A DNA stretch of 54,767 nt. Source: Myxococcales bacterium. Its GTDB lineage: Bacteria; Myxococcota_A; Bradymonadia; Bradymonadales; Bradymonadaceae. How positions within the stretch are numbered: position 1 is the stretch's first letter; each line of letters begins with the position of its first letter. Positions 45,546-54,767 of the stretch are shown here, piece after piece. Location of the stretch: the NCBI GenBank assembly GCA_007119175.1, contig SKQC01000102.1, forward strand, positions 1 to 54,767, given 5' to 3'. Under the pieces are notes generated by a model, which was not told the DNA's origin, did not search any database, and saw nothing but the letters and a program-made list of their open reading frames with translations. Both the position numbers and the translations under genes were made by a program.

Positions 45546-48500
45546 TCACTTTCCGATCGCAAGCCCCAGATCCTCGCGGAGCTGAAAGTATTCTTCGCTG
45601 ATCGAGAAGAGCACCATCTCGCGGATCTTATCTTTGACGCTGGCCTTGCTGATCGGCACCAGGTCGGATTTTATGCAGGCCGCCGCGGTATGAATATTAC
45701 CGCTGAGCAGAAGTCCCATGCGTATCGACGTATGTTCCGCTGCTTTTAGCCACTGCGACAGGTTGGGGTTTTCGCCCTTATCCAAAAACTTCTTCATCGC
45801 TTTTTGTGCCTGCACCAACATCGGGCCGGGGATATCGGCAATCTGTTGTTTACACGTCGCCCCCTGCTCGCCCATCTGCTTGGCCAGCCCCAGGCTGGGA
45901 TCGGTCATGTCCATCAGCGCCATAAAATACATCTTCAAAAATTCCGTGGGCTGACCGATCGACCCCATATAGTGCTGCGGCAACATCCAGGTCAGCGATT
46001 TTCCGATGATAAATGCCAGCTCGCGATCGTCTGATTTCTGGTGGACGTCGCCGCCGATGATGACCGTCGGAGGGTCGATATTGGCGTTGCGCATTCCCAG
46101 CGCCTGATCGCCCTTTAGGTAGACCTGAGGAGCGGGCAGCAAATTGGTGGTCTGCGTGACGTATTGGTAGATCTTATTAAATAGCCGCTGCTCCTGAAGA
46201 TCGAGCTTGTCCTTGCGCTTATGAACTCCCCAGTCCTTGATCGATTTCATGGAGTAAAGCGGGCGAAGCCCCTGTCCAAGAACGCTCATGATATAGGTGA
46301 TGAGCACATCCTGATCGGGGTGGTAGAGCTTTTTAAACATCTCCTGGTTAAATTTGCCCTGAGCCGCCGGCAGGCTGGCCCCCAGATATTTTTGAAAGAA
46401 TGTCTCCTCTTGCTCCGAGGCACTCTGTAAAAAGGATAGAGCAGCGGCCATACACCAGGCCCGGTCGTATTCTTTAGTCTCGATATAGCTTTTGAAAAGC
46501 TTTCGATAACTCTCGACTCGGAATCGATCCAATTTGATGAGTTCTCGGTGTTGTTCGATGACACCGCTGACGTTGGTCCCGTCCTTTTCGTACAGCTCCG
46601 CCAGGATAAGCCGCAGCTTCTCGTCATCCTCCTTGAGGCCGACGGCGATCTTATAGGCCTCAATGGCCGTCTCGTAGTCGCCCATCCGCGTGCGATAGAC
46701 TTCGCCCAGGTTCTGCCACAACTGGACTTTGACGTACTCCATTTTCTCGTCGTCGCGCTCGTTGACCCGGTGGAGCATCTTTCGATAGGCCCGCGCCAGT
46801 TCTCGCCAGCTTTTGAGTTTCGTCAAAATCCGGTCGATGGCCTCGAATGCCTTGAGCATATTGGGCGCATCGACATCGAGGGCCTTCTCAAAGAGCTCCA
46901 CGGCCTTCATCGGATCTTCGATCTCGTCGCGGTAGATGACGGCAGCCGTATAGTAATACTTGGCGATCCGGGATTGATTATCCTCCTGCTCGATGATCCG
47001 CATCAGGATCCCGACCGCCTCATGCCACTGTTTGGTCTTGGTATAAAGATCGAGCAATTTGCGCAGCACGACCACGCTATTGGGCTCGATTTCCAGGGCT
47101 TCAATATAGGCAGCCACCGCTTCCGGTGGACGATCGAGTTTATTGGCCAAAAGGTCACCGACGCGAGAGATCGTCGCAAAACGAACCTTCGGATCTTCTT
47201 CGGTCTCCATCAGCCAGCGCGAATAGTCGACGACTTCATCCCACTTTTCCTGGGCTTCGGCGACCTCGATACGCTTGGTGAGCGTTGGCCGGTGATGTTG
47301 TTCGATCTCCAGGGCCCGCTCGAAATAATCGCCGGCCTTGCGCATATCGTTGAGCTGCTGGCGAATCGAGCCCAGCCGATAGTACACATCGACGAGCTGG
47401 GCCATCTCCAGCTTATCCTCGTGGTGCAATTGCAACGACTGCAGCACTTTTGAGGCCTGCTCAAGTTCTCCGCGCTCATGTAATAGGCGACCAAAGCCCT
47501 GCAGAGTGTCGCGGTCGGTGGAGAGCAGCTCGTAGGCTTTTCGGTATTGCTGCAAGGCCTCTTCCGGCTGGGCCAACTCCTCGTTGGCCTGAGCCAGTTG
47601 CAGGTGGCGTCGGTGGCGCTCCTCGTCGTCTACTTCGGCGCTGCGATATTCCTCGAGCGTCATCTCCAGTAGCGGCACGGCGCGCTCGTAGCGCTGCTCG
47701 CGAAAGGAGACCTCGATAAGCGGCAGCGCTGCCGCCGAGAGGCGAGGGTTATTCTCGAGCGCCTCTTCGTAATAGCTGAGGGCATTGACTTCGTCGCCCA
47801 CATTTTCCTCATAGACCTTGCCGATCTCGGCGAGGAGTGCGGCCTTGGCGTCCAGGTCGCGCTCGGCCTCTACTGCTTCTTTCAATACGCGAATCAGGCT
47901 ATCCCAGTGCTGCTGGGTTCCCAGAAGCTCTCGAACCGCCTCCAATACGTCGGGATGGGTCGGCTCGACGCGAAGGGCCGACATATACGCGTCCTCCGCC
48001 GAGGCGTGATCGTGGAGTTGTCCCTCCAAAAGTGCCCCCAGCCGGTGATAAACCTCGGCGCGGTAGCTGTCGTCATCGACCTGCTCCACGAGCCGCTCGT
48101 AGGCGTCGACGGCGCGTTCCCAGTTGCTGGTTTCCTCATGCAGCGCCGCCAGTTCCGCCCAGATACCGGGGCTTACCGGGTCCAGCTCCACGGCCTGCTC
48201 GTAGGCCTCGATGGCCGCATGGGGATCGCCGACTTCATGTTGCTGCAACTGTCCCAACTCGCTGTACAATCCAACTTTCTTGTCCCGGTCATCGACCAAC
48301 TCGATATGGCGTTGGAGAGTATCGACCAGCTCGAACCATCGCTCCAGATCGCGATACAAACGCTCCAGATTTTCAATCGCCGTAGTGCTCCCGGGATCGA
48401 CCATCAATACGTTGTTATAGGCTTCGACGGCCCGATCGAGATCTTCGAAGTGATTCTCGAATACAGAGGCCATCTTTCCGTATAGCTGCACCTGCTCGTC

Positions 48501-51500
48501 GGGCTCGTGGGTCAGCGAGAGCTGCTGCTGATAGATGTCGATCAGTTCGTCCCACTCACCGGACTGGGTGTACAGACGTTCCAGGGCCTGCAAGGACGGA
48601 ATATGTGCCTGATCGACGGTCAGCACATCGCGATAGGCGGCGATTGCCTGGGCCTCGTCTTGTAATTCCTCCTCCCAGATGCTGGCGGCTCGACTCTTGA
48701 TCTCAACGATCAGATCCGGATCGTAGGTCGCCTCTGCTTTTCGGCCCAGGATATCAACCAATTCTTCCCAGTGGCCGAATGCCTCGTAGACCCGCTCCAG
48801 GCTCTCCATGGCCAGAATATCGGTGGGATCGATGACCAGAATCTCTCGGTAAGCGGCAATGGACTGCTCAAGATCAGCCATCTGCATCTCGAAGAGTTCA
48901 CCCAGCGCTCGCCACAACTCGGCCTGCTCTTCCGGATCGGAGGTCAATTCGACGCGTGTCTGCAGAATCTGGGCCAGCTCAGGCCACGACGCCAACTCCC
49001 GATACAGTTCTTCCAGGGTACGGAGCACTTCCTGGTTGTCGGGCTCAATCATGCGGGCCCGCTGTAGGTGATATGCTCCGTCGTCGGGCTGGTCGAGTTC
49101 GTTGGCGTACCACTTGCCGATCTGGGTGTGGAGATCGGCGGCCTCCGGGGTGTCGCCGAGTTCGTCGACCACCGCTTCAAAACGCTCGATGGCCTCCTCC
49201 CAGAGTCCCGTCTCGCGGGTCAACCGCTCCACTTCCCCCATCAGCTCTTCATCGTCCAGGGTGTCGGCATCTACGGCCGACAAAATGACGAGCAGCGAAT
49301 TTTCGGGCTGTCCTAAATGCTCCTCGAAGATACGGGCCGCGTGTCGCAGGTTGTCGACGCGAGCAAAGACATCGTCCACAATCTCGGCGCGATCGAGATA
49401 GAGGCCGGCCAACTCGGCCATCGCCTCTTCGCTTCCCTGCTCCTGATAGATGGTCTCCAGCGAACGGCTGGCGTCCATATTGGTGGGGTCGATCTCGAGA
49501 ATCATCTGCAGATACCGCACAGCCTCATCGGGCTCCATCAGCTTCGTCTGCCACAGATCGGCGACCCGGGTCAGATACATCAGCCGCGTTTCATCATCGA
49601 CGGCTCGATCGGCCTTCATGCCCAGAATATGCGCCGCTTCCTCCCAATGGGCCTCCTGCAGGTATAACTGCTCTAGCTCATCGAGGGCCTGATCGTGTTC
49701 TGGGTTGAGGCTCAGCACATTTTTCCAGGCATCGATCGCCGCTGGCGGATTCATCAGCATCTCGCTTTGAATCTCGCCGAGCTCCTCCCACAGCGAAAGC
49801 TTTCGCTCCTGAGCGACTTCATCGTGGGAGATGAGCCGCTCGATGATCTGAGCCAATTGTTGGTAGTCCGCCTGACGGGTCGTCAACTCCTTGAGTGACT
49901 CCAGCGCCTCAAGATGTACGGGATTGATCTGCAGGGCGGCGTTCCAGGCATCCTGAGCCGCCACCTCATCGTGGAGATAACCGCCGTAGATGGTTCCCAG
50001 CGATTCATATAGGCCGAGCTGCTCGTCGGGTTCGACGGTCAACTCCACTTCCCGGTGCAATACAGCGACCAGGTCCTCCCATCGCTCCTCATCGACATAT
50101 AGCCGCCGCAACTCCCCGAGGGCCTGCCGGTTGTCGGGCTGCAGCTCCGTGACTCTCTGCCACAGATCGACGGCGTCCAATTTGCGCTCCAGCATCTCTT
50201 CGGCGATCCGCGCCATCCGACCGTAATAATCGGCCTGCTCGTCCGGGTCGTGAGTCAATTGAGCCCGCCGCTCCAATACGTCGTACAGCGGCTCCCAGGC
50301 TTCCAGAGCACTATGAATCTGCTCCAAACTCTCCAGTGCCTGTTCATGATCGGGCTGAACGCTCAACATCGTCTCATAGGTCTCGACGGCCCGCTCAAAA
50401 TCGGTCAATTGATCCTGGAAGACCTGGGCGAGTTGGTAGTTGAGTTCCACGACCTCGAATTCATCGTAGGCCCCGTCGATACGTCGCTCCAGGATGCCGG
50501 CCAGGTCTTCCCAGCGCGCCTGATCGGCATAGATACGGTCCAGCGCTTTGAGCGCTTTTTCATGGGTCGGGTCTAACTCCAGTGCCTGCAGATAGGCCAT
50601 CTCTGCATCCTGATAGGACTCCATGCGCTCATCGAGCACGGTGGCCAGGCGTATCCACAATCCGAGGAGAGTATCATCCGTATTGTGTGGACTCTCCAGG
50701 GCGTCGGCATAGATCTCAGCCGCTTTGCCCCAGTCCTGTGTCACCTCGGCGAGGCGCTCGATTTCCGCCAGGACTTGTTCGTCGTCGGGGCGCTCCACCA
50801 ACGCGCCGCCGTAGGCTCCAAGGGCCTCATCGACGTCGTCGAGTTGGTCGAGATAAATACCGGCGACCTGCATTAACAGATCGAAGCGCTGGAAGGGGTC
50901 GTCGATCATCTCCAGGCGGTGAAGATAGATCTCGACGACCTTTTCGTGCTGACCGCGCTCCAAATAAAAGGGCTCGAGAATATCGGCGCACCGCTCCACG
51001 GCGCGTCCTTCCATAAACATCTGCTCTAGATTCTCGATGGCCGTCGGATTTTCCGGCTCCTCCAACAAGACTTCCTGGTAGGTGGCGATTGCCGATTCCG
51101 GCTGCTCGAGCGCCATCTGGTACAATGTCCCCAGGCGAAGCCGAAGCTCCAGCGTCTTCTCCAGATCCTCGCTGTTATAGATCCGGGTCTTGAGAATCTC
51201 GGCAAGCTCCTCCCACTGACCCTCTTGTTGATACAACCGGTCTAAAGCCAGGATCGCCTCTTTGCGTCCCGGTTCCACCTCGAGCACCTTTTGAAAGCGC
51301 TCGATCGCCGGCGGAGCCTGGTGCAATTCCTCTTCGTAAATTCGCGCCACACGCAGGTTCAGCGAGGCCACCACCTCGAAGTCGGTGATATCGTCGAGGC
51401 GCTCGTCGATCTGCTCGATGAGCACTTCCCAGGCGTCGAGTTCGACGGCCAGGCGCTCCAGAGTTTCCAAAATCTCCTGGCGTCCTGGCTCCGTCTCCAA

Positions 51501-54500
51501 TGCTTCGACATACGAGGCAAACGCTTCGGCAGGGTCCTGAAGCTGCTCCTCGAGAATCGAGCCCACCTCTTTGTACAACTCGATCTTGCGTTCTGGCTCA
51601 TGGCTGGCCTCGATTAACAATCGATGCACATGGACCAGACTCTCCCACTGCTCTTTGCTCTCATATAGCGGCTGAAGGACTCGGGCGGCCTCCGCTTCGT
51701 TGTCACCGCGCTCGACCATCTCCTCAAGGGCCCATACCGAGGCGCCGTGCTCCGGGTTTCGCTCCAGAATTTCACGATATATTTCGATGGCGCGAAGCCC
51801 ATCTCCCAGATGCTCCTCCCACAGTCGACCAACGCGATATTGCAGCGCCTCAGTTTCGTCGCCATCGGCGGACAACTCGAGCTGACGCTCTAAGATCTCC
51901 AGCAACTCGTGCCACTGCTCCGTGGCTTCAAACAGCTCGTCGAGCTTCTCCAGGGCGCCACGCTGTTCGGGATCGAGCTCCGTGATCTGGCGGTACATCT
52001 CGATGGCATCCTGCGGCTGCTCAAGATGCTCTTGATAAATCGCCCCCATCACAAATAGAAGGTCTTTTCGCCCCTCATCGTCATCGGCCAGCTCGAGTTT
52101 GCGTCGATAGACATCGAGCAGGTCATGCCATCGTTCCAGCGAGGTATATAATACCTCAAGCCGGTCGATGGAGTGGCTATCGGCCTCGTCGATGGCCAGA
52201 GTCCGATTATAGATATCGATGGCATCTTGCGGACTCTCCAGGATATCCTCATAGAGCGTCCCGGCCTGATGAAGCAGCTCTACTCTGGCCTCATCCTCTT
52301 CGACGAGCTCCGATTTCGTCACCAGAATATCGACGAGATCGGCCCATTGTTGGGTCTCGCGATAGATGGCCTCCAATTCTTCGACCGTCTCCAGATCGGC
52401 GGGAAATAACTCCAGCACGGCGTGAAGCCGCTCGGTAGCCATATCCAACTCACCGAGTGGCTCGATATAAACGGCGGCCGCCCGGCGAAGCATATCGCGC
52501 TGTACGTCGGGATCGATCTGTTCTTCGGCTTCCCTCTCAAAGACCCCGACCAGCTCGGCATGACCGTCGCCTTCTGCCGCGAGACGATACAGGTGATCAA
52601 GGGTGCTCTGCCCTTCGACATCGTCGCTCAACGCCCGTGCATAAGTACGAAAGGCCGACGCCACGTCGCCTCGCTCATCTTCATGCAACGAGGCGATGCG
52701 GTGAAGCAGCTCCGTGCGCTGCTCGGGATCGACGCGCTCCTCTACCTGCACCTCCAGGGCGCCAATGAGTCGCTCGGCATCGTCTCGTTCGACATATAGC
52801 GGCTCCATGATGCAACTGATGCGTTCGCGCGGCGCCGACTCCTTCTGCATCAACTCTTCCATGGCCCGATTGGCCATTTCATTGTCTTTTTCGGCCTCCA
52901 GAATCTCTTCGTAGAGATCGACGGCTCGCTCCGCATTTCCTAAATGAGCTTCCAGCACCTGGGCGAGCCGCGCCTTTACCTCGTGGCGTTTCGACTCGTC
53001 GACCAGCTCCAGCTCCGCTTCCAGATCTCGGGCCAACTCATCCCACATCCCCTCGTGCTCAAAGATGCGATCGAGATTAAAATAGGCGTCGAGATTCTCC
53101 GGATCCTCTTCCAGGATCGCTTCATAAATCTCGATGGCCCGCTGCGAATCCTCCAGCAACTCTTCCCAGATCTTTGCCTTGCGAAACCGAAGTTGCTGGA
53201 TTTCGTCCGGGTCATCAAACCACTCAATTTTGCGGTCCACCGCATCGAGCAGATCACGCCACGATTCGGTGCTGATAAACAACTCCTCGAGCTCGTCCAG
53301 GGCTCGGGCGTCCTCTGGACGCAGAGCATGAACTTCCTCGAGATAGCGCTGTGCTTCACCGTATTCCTGGCGATAGTCGGCGTTGACCTGGGCCAGTGTA
53401 TAATAGTAGTCGACGCGAAGATCCTCATCGTCGATATGGGGCGTGATCTCCTCGCATAAATCAACGTAGCGATCCCACGACTCCAGCGCATGAGCGATGC
53501 GATATAGCTGCTCACGACCGTCTTCGTCGCCGGGACTGAGGTGGATCACCTTTCCATAGCTATCGAATGCCCGGGGCGCGTCACCGATCTCTTCGATTAA
53601 CAGCGCTCCGATACGGCGGTGCAATTCACGGGCCTCGCTGTCCTCGTCGGCTTCGTCGGCCTGGATACTGAGCACGTCGATCAACGACTCCCACTGCCCG
53701 AATACCTCGTAGACCGGCTCCAGAATATCCGTTACCAATCCGCTATAAAGGCTGTCCTCCAGCAGTGCCTCCACGACCTCGAGGGCCTCCGCGTGGTCGG
53801 GACGCCAGTGCAAGACCTTACCCAGGGCGCCGACGGCTTCTTCCACCTCGTCGAGATGCTCGATGCAGACTGTGCCGAGTTCAAAGCGAAGCGCCGTGAG
53901 GGTCTCGATTTCCTCTTCGCGATAGGTGGCCGGCGCATCGAGATCGATGGCATCAAGATCGGTTTCACCGACCTCATCTGCCGTCTGTGAGTCCGCCTCC
54001 TCCACATCGCTGATTTCATCCGCCATTGCCGCTTCGTCGGAGGTCTCGTCGACCTCGATGTCCGCCGCCTCAACGACTTCTTCGGGCTCGCTGCCCTCGC
54101 CTTCGTCGTGCAGATCGGCAAGGACGTCATCGACGCCCTCGTCACTGCCGGTAAATTCGTCACCAAAGCCGGAATCGACGGGCTCAGTAGAGGCATTGCC
54201 GATGATCTGAGCGGGCTCGACGCTCTGGCGCTCGCGCTGTCGGGCCGCCGTGCGCGCTGTGCGCTCAATGAGATCGATCTCCTGACGGATCACCTCCGCC
54301 AGATCGGCATAGTCGCCCTCATCACTGTATAAACGGTGAAGTTCTGCCAGCGTCTGTGCGTTTCGGCCATCGAGTTCGAGCGCCTCGTTATATCGAGCGA
54401 TGGCAGTCGTCGTATCGCCGGCTTCTACTTCGGCGATCTCTGCCATTCCCTGCAGGATTCCGACCCGAGCATCGACGTCGCTCTCCAATTCCAGTCGGTG

Positions 54501-54767
54501 ACGGTAGACCTTCATCAACTCGTCCCACCGCTCACTGCGCCGGTAAATTCCCTCCATCGCTTCCAGTGCGGCGAGGTTTTCCTCCTCCACTTCCAGAATG
54601 GCCTCGAATTGCGTCAGCGCCGCATCGAGGTGCTCGACTTCCTCAGAGAGCACCCGTCCAAGCAGAAGGCGAAGCCGCAACTCATCGGCGGTCTCACGCT
54701 CCTCCTGGAGGGCCTCGCGATAATGATCCACCAGCGTCGGCCAGGAGTCAGATTCTCCGGCAGCCTC
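45546..54767 (-). CDS. giant TPR-repeat protein (>3,073 aa, 5' end outside the window) with a non-TPR C-terminal domain
   Basis: The reading frame stays open upstream of the track start (GTG 54731), reading EAAGESDSWPTLV-DHYREAL to the window edge. There are dozens of roughly 76-aa double-TPR units (AI..Y..IL..DP....AL..LE.LY.....W.EL..IL). An acidic linker lies at nt 53916-54263. The C-terminal 308 aa or so (45549-46472) are not TPR-like. Confidence 0.85.
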   Translation of the reverse strand, partial: EAAGESDSWPTLVDHYREALQEERETADELRLRLLLGRVLSEEVEHLDAALTQFEAILEVEEENLAALEAMEGIYRRSERWDELMKVYRHRLELESDVDARVGILQGMAEIAEVEAGDTTTAIARYNEALELDGRNAQTLAELHRLYSDEGDYADLAEVIRQEIDLIERTARTAARQRERQSVEPAQIIGNASTEPVDSGFGDEFTGSDEGVDDVLADLHDEGEGSEPEEVVEAADIEVDETSDEAAMADEISDVEEADSQTADEVGETDLDAIDLDAPATYREEEIETLTALRFELGTVCIEHLDEVEEAVGALGKVLHWRPDHAEALEVVEALLEDSLYSGLVTDILEPVYEVFGQWESLIDVLSIQADEADEDSEARELHRRIGALLIEEIGDAPRAFDSYGKVIHLSPGDEDGREQLYRIAHALESWDRYVDLCEEITPHIDDEDLRVDYYYTLAQVNADYRQEYGEAQRYLEEVHALRPEDARALDELEELFISTESWRDLLDAVDRKIEWFDDPDEIQQLRFRKAKIWEELLEDSQRAIEIYEAILEEDPENLDAYFNLDRIFEHEGMWDELARDLEAELELVDESKRHEVKARLAQVLEAHLGNAERAVDLYEEILEAEKDNEMANRAMEELMQKESAPRERISCIMEPLYVERDDAERLIGALEVQVEERVDPEQRTELLHRIASLHEDERGDVASAFRTYARALSDDVEGQSTLDHLYRLAAEGDGHAELVGVFEREAEEQIDPDVQRDMLRRAAAVYIEPLGELDMATERLHAVLELFPADLETVEELEAIYRETQQWADLVDILVTKSELVEEDEARVELLHQAGTLYEDILESPQDAIDIYNRTLAIDEADSHSIDRLEVLYTSLERWHDLLDVYRRKLELADDDEGRKDLLFVMGAIYQEHLEQPQDAIEMYRQITELDPEQRGALEKLDELFEATEQWHELLEILERQLELSADGDETEALQYRVGRLWEEHLGDGLRAIEIYREILERNPEHGASVWALEEMVERGDNEAEAARVLQPLYESKEQWESLVHVHRLLIEASHEPERKIELYKEVGSILEEQLQDPAEAFASYVEALETEPGRQEILETLERLAVELDAWEVLIEQIDERLDDITDFEVVASLNLRVARIYEEELHQAPPAIERFQKVLEVEPGRKEAILALDRLYQQEGQWEELAEILKTRIYNSEDLEKTLELRLRLGTLYQMALEQPESAIATYQEVLLEEPENPTAIENLEQMFMEGRAVERCADILEPFYLERGQHEKVVEIYLHRLEMIDDPFQRFDLLMQVAGIYLDQLDDVDEALGAYGGALVERPDDEQVLAEIERLAEVTQDWGKAAEIYADALESPHNTDDTLLGLWIRLATVLDERMESYQDAEMAYLQALELDPTHEKALKALDRIYADQARWEDLAGILERRIDGAYDEFEVVELNYQLAQVFQDQLTDFERAVETYETMLSVQPDHEQALESLEQIHSALEAWEPLYDVLERRAQLTHDPDEQADYYGRMARIAEEMLERKLDAVDLWQRVTELQPDNRQALGELRRLYVDEERWEDLVAVLHREVELTVEPDEQLGLYESLGTIYGGYLHDEVAAQDAWNAALQINPVHLEALESLKELTTRQADYQQLAQIIERLISHDEVAQERKLSLWEELGEIQSEMLMNPPAAIDAWKNVLSLNPEHDQALDELEQLYLQEAHWEEAAHILGMKADRAVDDETRLMYLTRVADLWQTKLMEPDEAVRYLQMILEIDPTNMDASRSLETIYQEQGSEEAMAELAGLYLDRAEIVDDVFARVDNLRHAARIFEEHLGQPENSLLVILSAVDADTLDDEELMGEVERLTRETGLWEEAIERFEAVVDELGDTPEAADLHTQIGKWYANELDQPDDGAYHLQRARMIEPDNQEVLRTLEELYRELASWPELAQILQTRVELTSDPEEQAELWRALGELFEMQMADLEQSIAAYREILVIDPTDILAMESLERVYEAFGHWEELVDILGRKAEATYDPDLIVEIKSRAASIWEEELQDEAQAIAAYRDVLTVDQAHIPSLQALERLYTQSGEWDELIDIYQQQLSLTHEPDEQVQLYGKMASVFENHFEDLDRAVEAYNNVLMVDPGSTTAIENLERLYRDLERWFELVDTLQRHIELVDDRDKKVGLYSELGQLQQHEVGDPHAAIEAYEQAVELDPVSPGIWAELAALHEETSNWERAVDAYERLVEQVDDDSYRAEVYHRLGALLEGQLHDHASAEDAYMSALRVEPTHPDVLEAVRELLGTQQHWDSLIRVLKEAVEAERDLDAKAALLAEIGKVYEENVGDEVNALSYYEEALENNPRLSAAALPLIEVSFREQRYERAVPLLEMTLEEYRSAEVDDEERHRRHLQLAQANEELAQPEEALQQYRKAYELLSTDRDTLQGFGRLLHERGELEQASKVLQSLQLHHEDKLEMAQLVDVYYRLGSIRQQLNDMRKAGDYFERALEIEQHHRPTLTKRIEVAEAQEKWDEVVDYSRWLMETEEDPKVRFATISRVGDLLANKLDRPPEAVAAYIEALEIEPNSVVVLRKLLDLYTKTKQWHEAVGILMRIIEQEDNQSRIAKYYYTAAVIYRDEIEDPMKAVELFEKALDVDAPNMLKAFEAIDRILTKLKSWRELARAYRKMLHRVNERDDEKMEYVKVQLWQNLGEVYRTRMGDYETAIEAYKIAVGLKEDDEKLRLILAELYEKDGTNVSGVIEQHRELIKLDRFRVESYRKLFKSYIETKEYDRAWCMAAALSFLQSASEQEETFFQKYLGASLPAAQGKFNQEMFKKLYHPDQDVLITYIMSVLGQGLRPLYSMKSIKDWGVHKRKDKLDLQEQRLFNKIYQYVTQTTNLLPAPQVYLKGDQALGMRNANIDPPTVIIGGDVHQKSDDRELAFIIGKSLTWMLPQHYMGSIGQPTEFLKMYFMALMDMTDPSLGLAKQMGEQGATCKQQIADIPGPMLVQAQKAMKKFLDKGENPNLSQWLKAAEHTSIRMGLLLSGNIHTAAACIKSDLVPISKASVKDKIREMVLFSISEEYFQLREDLGLAIGK

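Noticed and set aside
45546-54767. Periodic repeats in the giant gene as a possible CRISPR array or DNA tandem-repeat array
   Set aside because: The periodicity is at the protein level (TPR units of about 76 aa). The DNA units are diverged, lie in one continuous reading frame, and have no identical direct repeats or spacers.

Overview
High-GC (roughly 60%) bacterial chromosomal window. It is densely coded, mostly on the minus strand, and the encoded proteins are strikingly acidic. The gene content points to a marine or halophilic Myxococcota/Bradymonadales-like deltaproteobacterium; this is inference, since no marker gene is present. That content includes Hanks-type Ser/Thr kinases with zinc-ribbon N-termini, PEGA/TPR envelope proteins, an ECF sigma/anti-sigma pair, an alpha-2-macroglobulin-PbpC pair and many lipoproteins. 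I support about 36 CDSs. Among them are a2m-pbpC, gdh-hyuA-hyuB, ald, pepF, cls, mutY and rsmI, a tight five-gene envelope operon, and a TPR protein of more than 3,070 aa that runs off the right edge. I saw no tRNA, rRNA, CRISPR array, transposase, integrase or recognisable defence gene. This is mostly core-like territory rather than an obvious accessory island. The most interesting signals are: (1) two diverged intergenic copies (23461-23656 and 27040-27207) of a roughly 170-200 nt rod-like imperfect palindrome, with conserved core blocks, compensatory stem changes and plus-strand-only G-U pairs, suggesting an undescribed structured RNA or REP-like family; (2) an a2m gene translationally coupled to pbpC in which the thioester CxEQ site is replaced; (3) the giant TPR protein, whose C-terminal domain looks like an M48 metallopeptidase with its HExxH destroyed; (4) a bipartite motif shared upstream of the ECF sigma operon and a Cys-rich lipoprotein gene; (5) a paralogous double-TM C-terminal module in the proteins encoded next to both kinases. 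All calls come from reading the sequence and ORF track by eye. No searches or folding programs were run.
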